From an uncultured Clostridium sp. (GTDB taxonomy: Bacteria; Bacillota; Clostridia; TANB77; CAG-508), in contig CAYQBQ010000001.1 in the NCBI GenBank assembly GCA_964415805.1, forward strand, positions 6,641 to 41,722: a stretch of 35,082 nucleotides of DNA, read 5' to 3'. Position numbers and translations under genes: made by a program. Below the pieces are notes generated by a model, which was not told where the DNA came from, did not search any database, and was given only the letters and a program-made list of their open reading frames with translations. Below are positions 1-9,696 of this stretch, piece after piece (within the stretch, counting starts at the first letter, position 1; each line of letters opens with the position of its first letter).

Positions 1-1
1 A

Positions 2-631
2 GAAATAAACGATAAAATAGTAAACAACAAAGAAGAGTATTCAAAAACATTAGAAAATATAAATGATGAAATAGTGAATAACAAAGAAGAATATTCAAGA
101 GCATTAGAAGAAATGAACAATAAATTAATGAATCATAAAGAAGAATATGCTCAAATTATAAAGGAAATAAAAACAGAAGATAATGAAAGAATAACACTGT
201 TAATTCAACAATTTGTGCTAGAAATTAATAATTTAAAATATGAAATTAAAGAATTAAAAGGAGCACAAGAAAATAACAATACAGAATTGTTAGAAAGAAT
301 AGAAAGAACAGATTATAAAGAAAAACTAGCAGAAATAAATGAAAAAATAGAAAATATGAATTATGATGAAAAACTAGCAGAAATAAATGAAAAAATAGCG
401 AATATAAACTATGATGAAAAATTAACAGAAATAAATAATAGAATACAAGAAAAAGAAGAGAAAAATGAAAGCAATATTATAAGTTTTGAGTCATTAAAAG
501 AAAGAAGAAAGAATGGTAAAAGAGTATTTAAAACCAATGAAAGCATTAAATATGAAGATTTAGAAAGATTAGCGACTTGTGTTATAGATTTAAATGAAGA
601 TATATCATCTAACGAAGTAATTAGTAATTAA
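2..631 (+). CDS. Coiled-coil repeat protein, 5' end cut by the window edge (function unknown)
   Basis: The open frame runs from base 2 to TAA at 629-631. The listed GTG at 74 is internal. The sequence is K/E/N-rich with heptad-like periodicity, reiterated NNKEEYS motifs and three 16-aa tandem repeats. A hairpin lies downstream. Confidence 0.6.
   Translation, partial: EINDKIVNNKEEYSKTLENINDEIVNNKEEYSRALEEMNNKLMNHKEEYAQIIKEIKTEDNERITLLIQQFVLEINNLKYEIKELKGAQENNNTELLERIERTDYKEKLAEINEKIENMNYDEKLAEINEKIANINYDEKLTEINNRIQEKEEKNESNIISFESLKERRKNGKRVFKTNESIKYEDLERLATCVIDLNEDISSNEVISN
314..457 (+). repeat. Three tandem in-frame 48-bp repeats (16 aa each: Y(K/D)EKL(A/T)EIN(E/N)(K/R)I...) inside the coiled-coil gene
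   Basis: Direct reading: units at 314-361, 362-409 and 410-457. The first two are nearly identical and the third is diverged. Confidence 0.85.
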
Positions 632-644
632 AAATATGATTAAA

Positions 645-686
645 AAACATGCAATTTTTGTCTTAGGTAATTGCATGTTTTAAATT
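645..686 (+). terminator. Putative intrinsic terminator after the coiled-coil gene
   Basis: A 12-bp stem aaacatgcaatt (645-656) / aattgcatgttt (669-680) with a 12-nt loop, followed by a weak T-rich tail. Confidence 0.5.
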
Positions 687-715
687 AAATTTTTCCTGAA
701 ATTAACAGCAAAATA

Positions 716-745
716 TTGTAAAAAAGGCTTTTTTATAATATAATA
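716..745 (+). promoter_or_regulatory. Putative sigma-A promoter for argS
   Basis: TTGTAA (716-721), an 18-nt spacer, then TATAAT (740-745), about 60 nt upstream of the argS start. AT-rich DNA produces such matches easily. Confidence 0.35.
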
Positions 746-803
746 GAAAAGTACATAAAAGAGAAAAAAGTATAAAACAATTATTTAATTAGGAGGAAAT
801 AAA

Positions 804-2522
804 TTGAAAAATTTTAAGAACACTATTGCAAAATTAATAAATAAAGTTACAAATATAGATGAAACAGAATTAGAAACATATATAGAGACACCAAAAGATA
901 CAAAAAATGGAGACTACTCTTTTCCATGTTTTAGATTAGCAAAAGAATTAAAAAAAGCACCACAAATTATAGCAAGCGAAATAAAAGAAAAACTAGAAAA
1001 AGAAATAGAAGAAAATAAAGAAATTGATAAGATAGATGTTGTTGGAGGATACTTAAACTTTTTTGTAAATAAAAGTACTATAGCTCAAGAAGTTTTAGAA
1101 GAAGTATCAAAAACACAAGAATATGGAAAATCAGAAATAGGAAAAGGAAAAAACATAGTAATAGATTATTCTGCACCTAATATAGCAAAACCATTTCATA
1201 TAGGACATTTGCGCTCAACAGTTATAGGGGGAGCATTATATAATATATATAAATATTTAGGATATAATGTAACAGGAGTAAACCATTTAGGAGATTATGG
1301 AACACAATTTGGAAAATTAATAGAAGGTTATAAATTATGGGGAGAAGAATATAACATTGAAGAAGACCCTATAAATGAATTAACAAAAATATATATTAGA
1401 ATCAATGAAGCATGTAAACAAGATGAACAAATACTAGAAAATTGTAGAAATAATTTTAAAAAATTAGAAGATAGGGATACATATTGTGTAGAAATTTGGA
1501 AAAAATTTAGAGAATTAAGTCTAAAGGAATTCCAGAAAGTATACGATTTATTAGGAAGTAAATTTGATTCATGGAATGGAGAATCATTTTATTCAGATAA
1601 AATGCCTGAAATAATAGAGATATTAGATAAATCAGGAAAATTAATTGAATCACAAGGTGCTAAAATAATAGATTTAGAAGATAAAGGAATAAATACACCA
1701 TGTATAATAGAAAAATCAAATGGTTCTACAACATATGCAACAAGAGACTTAGCAGCTATAATGTATAGAGCAAGAACATATGATTTTGATAAAGCACTAT
1801 ATGTAACTTCATATGAACAAACATTACATTTCAAGCAAGTATTTGAAGTAGCAAAAATTTTAGGGATAGATGAAAAATACACAAAAGGTCTAGAACATGT
1901 ATCATTTGGAATGGTATTATTACCAACAGGAAAAATGTCAACAAGGGAAGGAAATGTTGTAAAACTAGAAGAATTACTAAATGAAGCAATATCAAGAGCT
2001 AAAGAAATAATTGAACAAAAAAATCCAGGATTAGAGAATAAAGAGGAAGTTGCAAAAAAAGTTGGTATTGGAGCAGTAATATTTAATGATTTATCAGGTT
2101 CGAGAATAAAAGACGAAATATTTGATTGGGATACAATATTAAACTTCCAAGGAGAGACAGGACCATATATACAATATACATATGTAAGAACAAAAAGCGT
2201 ATTAGAAAAAGCTGGATATACACCAAAATTTGAAAATATAAAAATAGAAAAGTTACTAGATGAATATTCTCTACACGTTTTGAAATTAATTTATGGTTTT
2301 GAAGATACATTAATTCAAGTTACAGAAAAAAATGAACCATCAATACTATCTAGATACTTAATAGACTTATCAAAAGCATATAGTAGCTTCTATAATGAAA
2401 ATAAAATAATTGATGAAGATAAAGATGTTCAAAATGCACGTGTATATTTAACATATGCAACTGGAAAAGTCTTAAAACAAGGAGCAGAATTATTAGGTAT
2501 GCAGATGCCTGAGAAGATGTAA
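804..2522 (+). CDS. argS: Arginine--tRNA ligase
   Basis: 572 aa with a TTG start 7 nt after AGGAGG. It has the class I HIGH motif (PFHIGHLRS), an MSTR motif (GKMSTREG) and a typical ArgS N terminus and length. Confidence 0.95.
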   Translation: MKNFKNTIAKLINKVTNIDETELETYIETPKDTKNGDYSFPCFRLAKELKKAPQIIASEIKEKLEKEIEENKEIDKIDVVGGYLNFFVNKSTIAQEVLEEVSKTQEYGKSEIGKGKNIVIDYSAPNIAKPFHIGHLRSTVIGGALYNIYKYLGYNVTGVNHLGDYGTQFGKLIEGYKLWGEEYNIEEDPINELTKIYIRINEACKQDEQILENCRNNFKKLEDRDTYCVEIWKKFRELSLKEFQKVYDLLGSKFDSWNGESFYSDKMPEIIEILDKSGKLIESQGAKIIDLEDKGINTPCIIEKSNGSTTYATRDLAAIMYRARTYDFDKALYVTSYEQTLHFKQVFEVAKILGIDEKYTKGLEHVSFGMVLLPTGKMSTREGNVVKLEELLNEAISRAKEIIEQKNPGLENKEEVAKKVGIGAVIFNDLSGSRIKDEIFDWDTILNFQGETGPYIQYTYVRTKSVLEKAGYTPKFENIKIEKLLDEYSLHVLKLIYGFEDTLIQVTEKNEPSILSRYLIDLSKAYSSFYNENKIIDEDKDVQNARVYLTYATGKVLKQGAELLGMQMPEKM

Positions 2523-2567
2523 TTTATTAGTGATTTTTATGACAATATAAAAAGGGAGAAGATATTT

Positions 2568-3473
2568 ATGGGATTTTTTGATAAATTAAAAACGGGATTA
2601 AACAAAACAAAGGCATCATTTGACGAGAAAATAAACAATGTATTTAGTAACTTCAGAAAGGTAGATGAAGAATTTTTAGATGAACTAGAAGAAGTCTTAA
2701 TAATGTCAGACATAGGAATGGATACATCAATAAAAATAATATCAAACTTAAGAGAAAGAATAAAAAAAGAAAAGATACAAGATGAAGAAGATGTAAAACA
2801 AGCATTAAGAGAAGAAATGCAAAAAATACTTGACATAACAGATATAAGCTTACATTTAAATACAAAACCATCAGTAATTCTAGTTGTTGGAGTAAATGGA
2901 GTAGGAAAAACAACATCAATAGGAAAAATGGCAAATAGACTAGCAAAAGATGGAAAAAAAGTAGTAGTTGCAGCAGCAGATACATTTAGAGCAGCAGCAG
3001 TTGAACAGCTAGAAATATGGTCAAAAAGAGCAGGAGCAGACATAGTAAAAAGAGAAGAAGGAGTAGACCCTGCATCAGTTGTATTTGACGCAATCAAAAA
3101 AACAAAAGAAAATGGAGCAGATATATTAATTGTAGACACAGCAGGTCGACTTCATAACAAAAAATATTTAATGGATGAATTAAATAAAATTCAAAAAGTA
3201 ATAAATAAAGAAATGCCAGATTCAGATAAAGAAGTACTACTTGTAATAGATGGAACAACAGGACAAAATGCAATATCACAAGTAAAAGCATTTAAGCAAG
3301 AGGCAGATATTACTGGAATAGTACTTACTAAATTAGATGGAACAGCAAAAGGTGGAGTGGTTATAGGAATAGTTGAAGAAAATAAAATTCCAGTAAAGTT
3401 TATTGGTGTTGGAGAACAAATAGATGATATGGAAATATTCAACTCAGAGGATTTTGTAAAAGCAATAATTTAA
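2568..3473 (+). CDS. ftsY: Signal recognition particle receptor FtsY
   Basis: 301 aa with SRP-GTPase motifs GVNGVGKTT, DTAGR and TKLD, and an acidic N-terminal helical domain. An RBS GGGAGAAG lies upstream. Confidence 0.95.
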   Translation: MGFFDKLKTGLNKTKASFDEKINNVFSNFRKVDEEFLDELEEVLIMSDIGMDTSIKIISNLRERIKKEKIQDEEDVKQALREEMQKILDITDISLHLNTKPSVILVVGVNGVGKTTSIGKMANRLAKDGKKVVVAAADTFRAAAVEQLEIWSKRAGADIVKREEGVDPASVVFDAIKKTKENGADILIVDTAGRLHNKKYLMDELNKIQKVINKEMPDSDKEVLLVIDGTTGQNAISQVKAFKQEADITGIVLTKLDGTAKGGVVIGIVEENKIPVKFIGVGEQIDDMEIFNSEDFVKAII

Positions 3474-3540
3474 TATCTATATTAAATAAGTTACTTTGGA
3501 ATGATTGTATTTAAATTACCAAAGTAAAAGGAGGTAGAAA

Positions 3541-6327
3541 TTGGAAAAGAAAAGAAGTAAAACAAGGATGATGATAGTACTGCTATTTATAGTAATATTT
3601 GCAATAGGAACATATATAAGCTTAAGAGGAACATATTTACAATATAAAGAATTGGGAGAAAATTATGTACAAGCATTTTTTACTAACTTAAGTTACAAAT
3701 ACATAATTTTTGGAGTTAATTTCATATTCTTATATACATTAATATATTTTACAAATAGAGGAATAAAAAAAGGATTAAAGACGTTTTTTGAAAAGGAAAA
3801 TAAAGAAATGCCAAAGCTATTAAACAAATCAATAGCATTTGTAGCATCAGTTATTGTGAGTACATTTATGTCTAATATATTAATGAAAAAAATATTATTA
3901 TGTTCAAGCAATGCATCTTTTGGAGTAACAGATCCTATTTTTGGGTTTGATATAGCATTTTACATGTTCCAAAAACCACTAATAGAAACTTTATTGATAT
4001 ATTTAATAGGAATAATTATTGGAATAACTATTTACATGGCATTATATTACGTAATTATATTCAACAAATATTTTGATGGTGTAGAAGGAAAAATGCTAAG
4101 GAACAGTTTATTAATAAAAAAACTATTAAGAAACATTGCACTAATAATAATATGTATAGGAATATATACCGCTATAGGAACAACGAACATATCCCTTAGT
4201 AAGATGTTAACAATCAAAAATCAAAATAAAACTTCTGAAAACATTGAAATTATAGGAGCTGGATATACAGATAACATAATTCAAAGATGGGGATACTTAA
4301 TATTCTCAGTAGTTATTATAGTAGCTTCATTAAAAGCTATTAAAGCATTTAAAAATAATGATACTTCAAGAGTTATTAAAAATTTAGCTATAATTCCTGG
4401 ATATTTGATAGTAATGTTTTTTGTTATAATATCTTTTGATTTAATTTTTGTAAACTCAAATAAATTAGATAAGGAGAAAGATTATTTAGAAAATAATATA
4501 AAATATACAAAAAGCGCTTATAATATAGATATAGAAGAAGAAAGCAGAGAAAATACAGGAACTATAACACAGACAGAAGTTAACGAAAATAGCGATATAA
4601 TAAATAATATAAAATTAATAAATAGCGACGTGGTATTAAAAACATTAGATTATAACCAAACAGGAACAGGATATTATTCATATAGGAATGCCAATATTGC
4701 AAAATATAAAGTATCAGGAGAAAATAAATTAGTATACATATCAACTAGAGAGATTACTAATTCAGGAAGAACATACAATAATAAAACATATGAATATACA
4801 CATGGAAAAGGTCAAATTGTAGTTGATAGTACATCAACTACAGAAGCAGGGGCAATAAATTATATCCAAAAGGATGTATCTGGAAAAGATGAGCAGTTAG
4901 GTACAACAAATTCAGAAATATATTTTGGATTAGAAACAAATGATATAATTGCTACTAATACAAAAAATAAAAAGGAATATGATTATACAGATGAAGATGG
5001 GTTAGAACATACATCAACATATAATGGAAATGCTGGATTACAACTTGGATTTATAGATAGATTAATACTAGGAATAAAGACAGGTGATTTAAAACTTGCA
5101 TTTTCATCTGAAATAACAAATGATAGTAAAATATTAATAAATAGAAATATTATAAAAAGAGTAAAGGAAGCAATGCCGTATCTAATATATGATGAAGAAC
5201 CATACACTGTTGTAACAGAAGAAGGAAAAATTGTGTGGGTAATAGATGCGTATACTGTTTCAAGTGAATATCCTTATTCACAATATACAACAATTGAACA
5301 TGATGGAATAAAAGAAAAAATTAATTACATCAGAAATTCAGTAAAAGTAATAATAGACGCATATGACGGAACAATGAGATTTTATGTAACAGATAAAACG
5401 GACCCAATTGCTATGGCTTATAGAAATATATATACAACATTATTTGAAGACATAAATACAGAAATACCACAAGATATATCAGAACATTTTGTATATCCAA
5501 AATATTTATATAATGTACAAGCGAAACTTTTAAAAATATATCACAATGTAAAAGCAGATATATTATATAGAAAAGATGATTTATGGGATTTCGCAAAATA
5601 TAATAATACAATAATAACAAAATCATCAGGTACTGTACTAAAACCATATTATACAATGTTTAATTTAAATGGAAAAAGTGAGATTGGATTAATTCAGGTT
5701 TATACGCCAGATTCAAAACAAAACTTAATTTCTTATTTGGTTGGTACAACAGAAGGAAATGCAAATAAATTAAAATTATATAAATTTACACAAGATAGTA
5801 ATATTTTAGGTCCAATGCAATTAGATAATCAAATAGAACAAGATGAACAAATCTCTTCTGAAATAAAGGCGTTAAACACAACAGGAACAAGAGTTACAAA
5901 AGATATGGTGGTAGTTCCTGTAAATAACACATTATTATATGTTGAATCAATTTATCAAACAATGCTAAATGAAGAGTCTAAAATACCAATACTTAAAAAG
6001 GTAGTAGTTGCTTCTGGAAATAAAGTTGCAATTGGAGATAATTTAGAAAATGCTTTAAAAAATTTATTATCAAAAGAAGCATCTAATATTGAAGTTGAAA
6101 ATACTGATGATATTGATGGGTTAATTGAAGCGATTGTTAAGGCTAATAAAAATTTATCTGAGTCTACTAATAATAAAGATTGGGAACTTATGGGATCTGA
6201 TATTAAGAAGTTACAGAGTTTAATTGATTCTTTGGAAGCAGAAAAAGTAAAGGAAGATAAGAAAAAAGCTGAGAATAAAAATGAAGTTAATGAAGTAAAT
6301 AATGTAATAGAAAATATAGTAGAATAA
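3541..6327 (+). CDS. UPF0182 (COG1615) family large membrane protein
   Basis: 928 aa with a TTG start after AAGGAGG. It has a multi-TM N-terminal third, a large soluble domain, the LLYVESIY motif near the C terminus, and a coiled acidic tail. Size and architecture match UPF0182 proteins of Clostridia. Confidence 0.8.
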   Translation: MEKKRSKTRMMIVLLFIVIFAIGTYISLRGTYLQYKELGENYVQAFFTNLSYKYIIFGVNFIFLYTLIYFTNRGIKKGLKTFFEKENKEMPKLLNKSIAFVASVIVSTFMSNILMKKILLCSSNASFGVTDPIFGFDIAFYMFQKPLIETLLIYLIGIIIGITIYMALYYVIIFNKYFDGVEGKMLRNSLLIKKLLRNIALIIICIGIYTAIGTTNISLSKMLTIKNQNKTSENIEIIGAGYTDNIIQRWGYLIFSVVIIVASLKAIKAFKNNDTSRVIKNLAIIPGYLIVMFFVIISFDLIFVNSNKLDKEKDYLENNIKYTKSAYNIDIEEESRENTGTITQTEVNENSDIINNIKLINSDVVLKTLDYNQTGTGYYSYRNANIAKYKVSGENKLVYISTREITNSGRTYNNKTYEYTHGKGQIVVDSTSTTEAGAINYIQKDVSGKDEQLGTTNSEIYFGLETNDIIATNTKNKKEYDYTDEDGLEHTSTYNGNAGLQLGFIDRLILGIKTGDLKLAFSSEITNDSKILINRNIIKRVKEAMPYLIYDEEPYTVVTEEGKIVWVIDAYTVSSEYPYSQYTTIEHDGIKEKINYIRNSVKVIIDAYDGTMRFYVTDKTDPIAMAYRNIYTTLFEDINTEIPQDISEHFVYPKYLYNVQAKLLKIYHNVKADILYRKDDLWDFAKYNNTIITKSSGTVLKPYYTMFNLNGKSEIGLIQVYTPDSKQNLISYLVGTTEGNANKLKLYKFTQDSNILGPMQLDNQIEQDEQISSEIKALNTTGTRVTKDMVVVPVNNTLLYVESIYQTMLNEESKIPILKKVVVASGNKVAIGDNLENALKNLLSKEASNIEVENTDDIDGLIEAIVKANKNLSESTNNKDWELMGSDIKKLQSLIDSLEAEKVKEDKKKAENKNEVNEVNNVIENIVE

Positions 6328-6330
6328 AAA

Positions 6331-6373
6331 AGGGATTGAGGGGCCACCACACCAAATCCCTCTTTTTATTTTT
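6331..6373 (+). terminator. Intrinsic terminator for the UPF0182 gene (left arm of the palindrome)
   Basis: AGGGATT (6331-6337) pairs with AATCCCT (6355-6361), followed by CTTTTTATTTTT. Confidence 0.6.
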
Positions 6374-6484
6374 AATATTATAAGTAATTATTATATATTA
6401 ATATTTAAAGAAAAAGTCCCTATGGAAGACCCGAAGCAGCATTTTTTCTGAAAATATTAATATATAATAATTACAGTTTAATTT

Positions 6485-6528
6485 ATAAGAAAAAAAGAGG
6501 GATTTGGTGTGGTGGCCCCTCAATCCCT
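6485..6528 (-). terminator. Intrinsic terminator for tyrS (right arm of the palindrome, same hairpin on the - strand)
   Basis: This is the reverse complement of the left arm. On the - strand the hairpin is followed by CTTTTTTTCTTAT. Confidence 0.6.
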
Positions 6529-6530
6529 TT

Positions 6531-7742
6531 TTAAACTAATTTATAAAATACTTTTTTACCTTTTTTCAAAATAGCATATCCATCTTTAAAATCAACATCT
6601 GAAAGAACATAGTTCACATCAGAAATTTTATTATCATTTAAAGAAATACCACCTTGATTAATCAAAGTTCTAGCTTGCCCTTTAGAAGGAGCAATACCAG
6701 TTAAAATAATAGCATCCAAAATTGAAATATTTTTATCAGTCAATTCAACAGTAGGCATATTATCCAAATTACCTTTACCAGTAAATAGGGCATTGGCAGC
6801 TTCCTCAGCTTTTTTAGCTTCTTCTTCACCATGAACTAATTTTGTTATTTCAAAGGCAGCAATTTTCTTAGCTTCATTAATATGTTCATCTTTTAAAGAA
6901 GCAAGTTCTTTTATTTTGCCCAAAGGTAAAAATGTTAATAATTTTAAAACATTTTCAACACTTTCGTCTTCAATGTTTCTCCAATATTGATAAAATTCAT
7001 ATGGAGAAGTTTTTTCAGAATCTAGCCATAAAGCACCTTTTTCAGTTTTACCCATTTTTTTACCTTCTTTTGTTGTAAGAAGTTTGAATGTTAAACCAAA
7101 GGAATCATCTTTTCCAATTTTTCTGATTAAATCAACACCACCAATGATGTTAGACCATTGATCATTTCCACCCATCTCTAGTTTACATCCATATGTTTCA
7201 TATAAATGCAAAAAATCGTAAGATTGCATAAGCATATAACTCATTTCGAAAAATGTTAAACCTGTTTCCATTCTTTGTTTGTAACATTCTGCTGCAAGCA
7301 TTTTGTTAACAGAGAATAGGCTACCAATGTCTCTCATAAATTGAACAAAGTTCAAATCTAATAGCCAGTCTGCATTGTTTACTATAATTGCAGCATTTTC
7401 ACCTTCAAAACTAATAAATTTTTCAATTTGTTTTTTAATACATTCAACATTGTGGTCAATTGTTTCTCTTGTCATCATTTTTCTCATATCAGTTTTTCCA
7501 GAAGGGTCACCAATTGTAGCTGTACCACCACCAACTAATATAATAGGTTTATGTCCACATTTTTGCATATGGCTTGCAACCATTAAAGAAACAAAGTGTC
7601 CAACATGAAGACTGTCTGCTGTTGGGTCAATTCCAATATAAAAAGGAACACTCTCTTTTCCAAAAAGTTCTTTAATTTCTTGAGGATGAGTCATTTGTTC
7701 AATATAGCCTCTTTCTTCTAAAATATCAAATACATTCGTCAT
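6531..7742 (-). CDS. tyrS: Tyrosine--tRNA ligase
   Basis: 403 aa with HIGH (HVGH) and KMSKS-type (KMGKT) motifs and a C-terminal S4-like domain. No T-box leader fits in the 37-nt gap upstream. Confidence 0.95.
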   Translation of the reverse strand: MTNVFDILEERGYIEQMTHPQEIKELFGKESVPFYIGIDPTADSLHVGHFVSLMVASHMQKCGHKPIILVGGGTATIGDPSGKTDMRKMMTRETIDHNVECIKKQIEKFISFEGENAAIIVNNADWLLDLNFVQFMRDIGSLFSVNKMLAAECYKQRMETGLTFFEMSYMLMQSYDFLHLYETYGCKLEMGGNDQWSNIIGGVDLIRKIGKDDSFGLTFKLLTTKEGKKMGKTEKGALWLDSEKTSPYEFYQYWRNIEDESVENVLKLLTFLPLGKIKELASLKDEHINEAKKIAAFEITKLVHGEEEAKKAEEAANALFTGKGNLDNMPTVELTDKNISILDAIILTGIAPSKGQARTLINQGGISLNDNKISDVNYVLSDVDFKDGYAILKKGKKVFYKLV

Positions 7743-7779
7743 TATTAAATCGCCCTTTCTATCATTAAATACTAATAAA

Positions 7780-8025
7780 TTATAATTTTATATTACCTTT
7801 TTTTAATTCTTCATTAAATTCTGAATAGTTTAGAAATCTATTTAAATTTTTTACTGTTATTCCAGTTGCTCCAGATATAGTATCTAGGTTTTGTGTTAAT
7901 CCGTTTTCTTCTACATATGATTTAAATGTTTCAAATTCTAGAGTATCTTTTGTACTGCATTTTGGACATACATTATTGTTTGATACATAAAAATTTCCAC
8001 ATCTACTACATTTATTAAATTCCAT
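7780..8025 (-). CDS. Small zinc-ribbon protein (YvyF/TIGR03826-like), probably co-transcribed with tyrS
   Basis: I prefer the ATG at 8025 ([10 protein letters not shown]...), preceded by GGAGGAAT, over the listed start at 8067. It has CxxC...CxxC followed by a helical HTH-like tail. Confidence 0.6.
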   Translation of the reverse strand: MEFNKCSRCGNFYVSNNNVCPKCSTKDTLEFETFKSYVEENGLTQNLDTISGATGITVKNLNRFLNYSEFNEELKKGNIKL

Positions 8026-8202
8026 AATAATTCCTCCTAATTTTTCTTTTGATATATAAACTGGCATTATTTTATCATATTTTGTTGTAAATAGGAAGAG
8101 AAAATAAGAAAAATATAAAAAATATAATAGAATGCTGGTTCAACATATGGATTTTTAAATAACTTAATGATATAATAGCAAAAAACAAAAGAAGGTAATC
8201 AA

Positions 8203-9645
8203 ATGAAAAAAATCAATGGAATAATAATGCAATACTTTGAATGGTACATGGACTGCAATCAAAACTTATGGAATCAAATAAAAGAAAATGCAGAAAAACT
8301 ATCAAACATAGGAGTAACAGCAATGTGGCTACCACCAGCATATAAAGGAATTGGTGGAAAAGATGAAGTAGGATATGGAGTTTATGACGTTTATGACTTG
8401 GGAGAGTTTGAACAAAAGGGAACTATAAAGACAAAATATGGTTCAAAAGATGAATATTTGGAAGCGATAATGACATTAAAGCAAACTGGAATTGAAAGCT
8501 ATGCAGATATTGTTTTAAATCATAAAATGGGTGCAGATGCGATTCAAACAATACCTGCAACAAAAGTTGACTGGTCAAACCATAATATAGAAACATCACA
8601 AAAGGAAACAGTGCAAGTAGCAACAAAATTTACATTTCCAGGAAGAAAACACAAATATTCAGATTTTGAATGGAACTGGACAGATTTTGATGGAATAGAC
8701 TATAATAACCAAACTGGCGAAAATGCAATTTTTAAATTTATTGATAAAAAATGGGGAGCAGAAGTTGATGAGGAATTTGGAAATTTTGACTATTTAATGG
8801 GAGCAGATTTAGATTTCTCAAATCCGAGAGTAGTAAAAGAATGTATTGATTGGGGAAAATGGTATTTAGACATAACTAAAATAGACGGATTTAGATTAGA
8901 TGCGGTAAAACATATAGATGCAGATTTTTATGAAAAATGGATACAAACACTAAGAGAAGAGAGTAAAAAAGAATTATTTGCAGTTGGCGAATATTGGGCA
9001 ACAGATGTAAATAAATTACATAGATATATTACTGCAACAGAAGGACAAATATCATTATTTGATGTACCACTTCATTACAATTTTTATAATGCATCAAATA
9101 ATCCTGATTATGATATGTCACAAATTTTGGAACATACATTAGTAAAAGAAAATCCATGTATGGCAGTAACATTTGTAGACAATCACGATACACAGCCAGG
9201 CCAAGCTTTACAAAGCTTTGTTCAGAGTTGGTTCAAACCAATAGCATATTCAATTATATTACTAAGAAATGATGGATATCCTTGTGTGTTTTATGGAGAT
9301 TATTATGGAATACCACATGATAATATTGAATCAGAAGAAAACTTAAAAACATTAATGATAATAAGGAAAAATAGGGCATATGGTTTACAACATGACTATT
9401 TCGACCATAATAATTACATTGGATGGACTCAAGAGGGTGATGATGAACATATAAATTCAGGAATTGCAGTTGTTATATCTAATGCGGGAGAGGGATATAA
9501 AAGAATGTATGTTGGAAACCAAAATGCAGGAGAAATATATATTGACAGCCTTGGAAATTGTGAAGAAGAAGTTATAATAGATGAAGATGGATGTGGAAAT
9601 TTTAGTGTAAAATCTAAGAGTGTATCAGTTTGGATAAAAAAATAA
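8203..9645 (+). CDS. Cytoplasmic GH13 alpha-amylase (no signal peptide)
   Basis: 480 aa with GH13 conserved regions DIVLNH, GFRLDAVKH, EYW and FVDNHD. The N terminus NGIIMQYFEWY resembles Bacillus-type and E. coli AmyA-type amylases. Confidence 0.9.
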   Translation: MKKINGIIMQYFEWYMDCNQNLWNQIKENAEKLSNIGVTAMWLPPAYKGIGGKDEVGYGVYDVYDLGEFEQKGTIKTKYGSKDEYLEAIMTLKQTGIESYADIVLNHKMGADAIQTIPATKVDWSNHNIETSQKETVQVATKFTFPGRKHKYSDFEWNWTDFDGIDYNNQTGENAIFKFIDKKWGAEVDEEFGNFDYLMGADLDFSNPRVVKECIDWGKWYLDITKIDGFRLDAVKHIDADFYEKWIQTLREESKKELFAVGEYWATDVNKLHRYITATEGQISLFDVPLHYNFYNASNNPDYDMSQILEHTLVKENPCMAVTFVDNHDTQPGQALQSFVQSWFKPIAYSIILLRNDGYPCVFYGDYYGIPHDNIESEENLKTLMIIRKNRAYGLQHDYFDHNNYIGWTQEGDDEHINSGIAVVISNAGEGYKRMYVGNQNAGEIYIDSLGNCEEEVIIDEDGCGNFSVKSKSVSVWIKK

Positions 9646-9696
9646 TGTTAGGTCATTGGGGTAAAAAAATACAAAAAATAAAAAATGGAGGATAGA

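Larger units (their letters stand above)
6327..6532. repeat. 206-bp near-perfect palindrome occupying the entire spacer between convergent genes
   Basis: 41-nt perfect inverted arms (6327-6367 / 6492-6532) and 23-nt perfect sub-terminal inverted blocks (6384-6406 / 6452-6474). A roughly 45-nt centre contains GTCCC. Confidence 0.95.

Noticed and set aside
632-803. A possible T-box leader upstream of argS, and likewise upstream of tyrS (7743-7779) or of the zinc-ribbon/tyrS operon (8026-8202).
   Set aside because: The spacers are too short (about 170, 37 and 175 nt). I could not find a specifier-loop/AGAGA region, a conserved T-box sequence or a terminator/antiterminator pair.
2537-3139. A 200-aa ORF on the - strand, and many other - strand ORFs in the track (for example 18070-18978, 20496-20894, 21864-22433, 17599-17973, 5955-6350, 30617-30988, 31985-32290, 32589-33638).
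   Set aside because: All lie antisense to genes with strong family motifs. They have low-complexity S/F/I/L-rich translations typical of the reverse strand of AT-rich, K/E/N-rich genes, and they lack ribosome-binding sites.
7325-7345. aatgtctctcataaattgaac inside tyrS, which resembles the TGTCTCA-taaat tail of family-B units.
   Set aside because: It lies in a conserved TyrS coding segment (FMRDIG on the - strand) and has no partner arm and no GGGAC core. I treat it as chance similarity. GGGAC pentamers in coding sequence (17325-17329, 17641-17645, 24726-24730, 29746-29750, 33334-33338) were dismissed the same way.
8068-8202. A catabolite-responsive element (cre) or other operator upstream of the alpha-amylase gene.
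   Set aside because: The best candidate (tgttgaaccagca on the - strand near 8136-8148) departs from the TGWAANCGNTNWCA consensus at several core positions.
9655-9668. gtcattggggtaaa after the amylase stop, which shares cattgggg with the family-A loop/stem junction.
   Set aside because: It is only an 8-mer match with no stem partner and no loop core (GGGGACG). This is too short to call a remnant.
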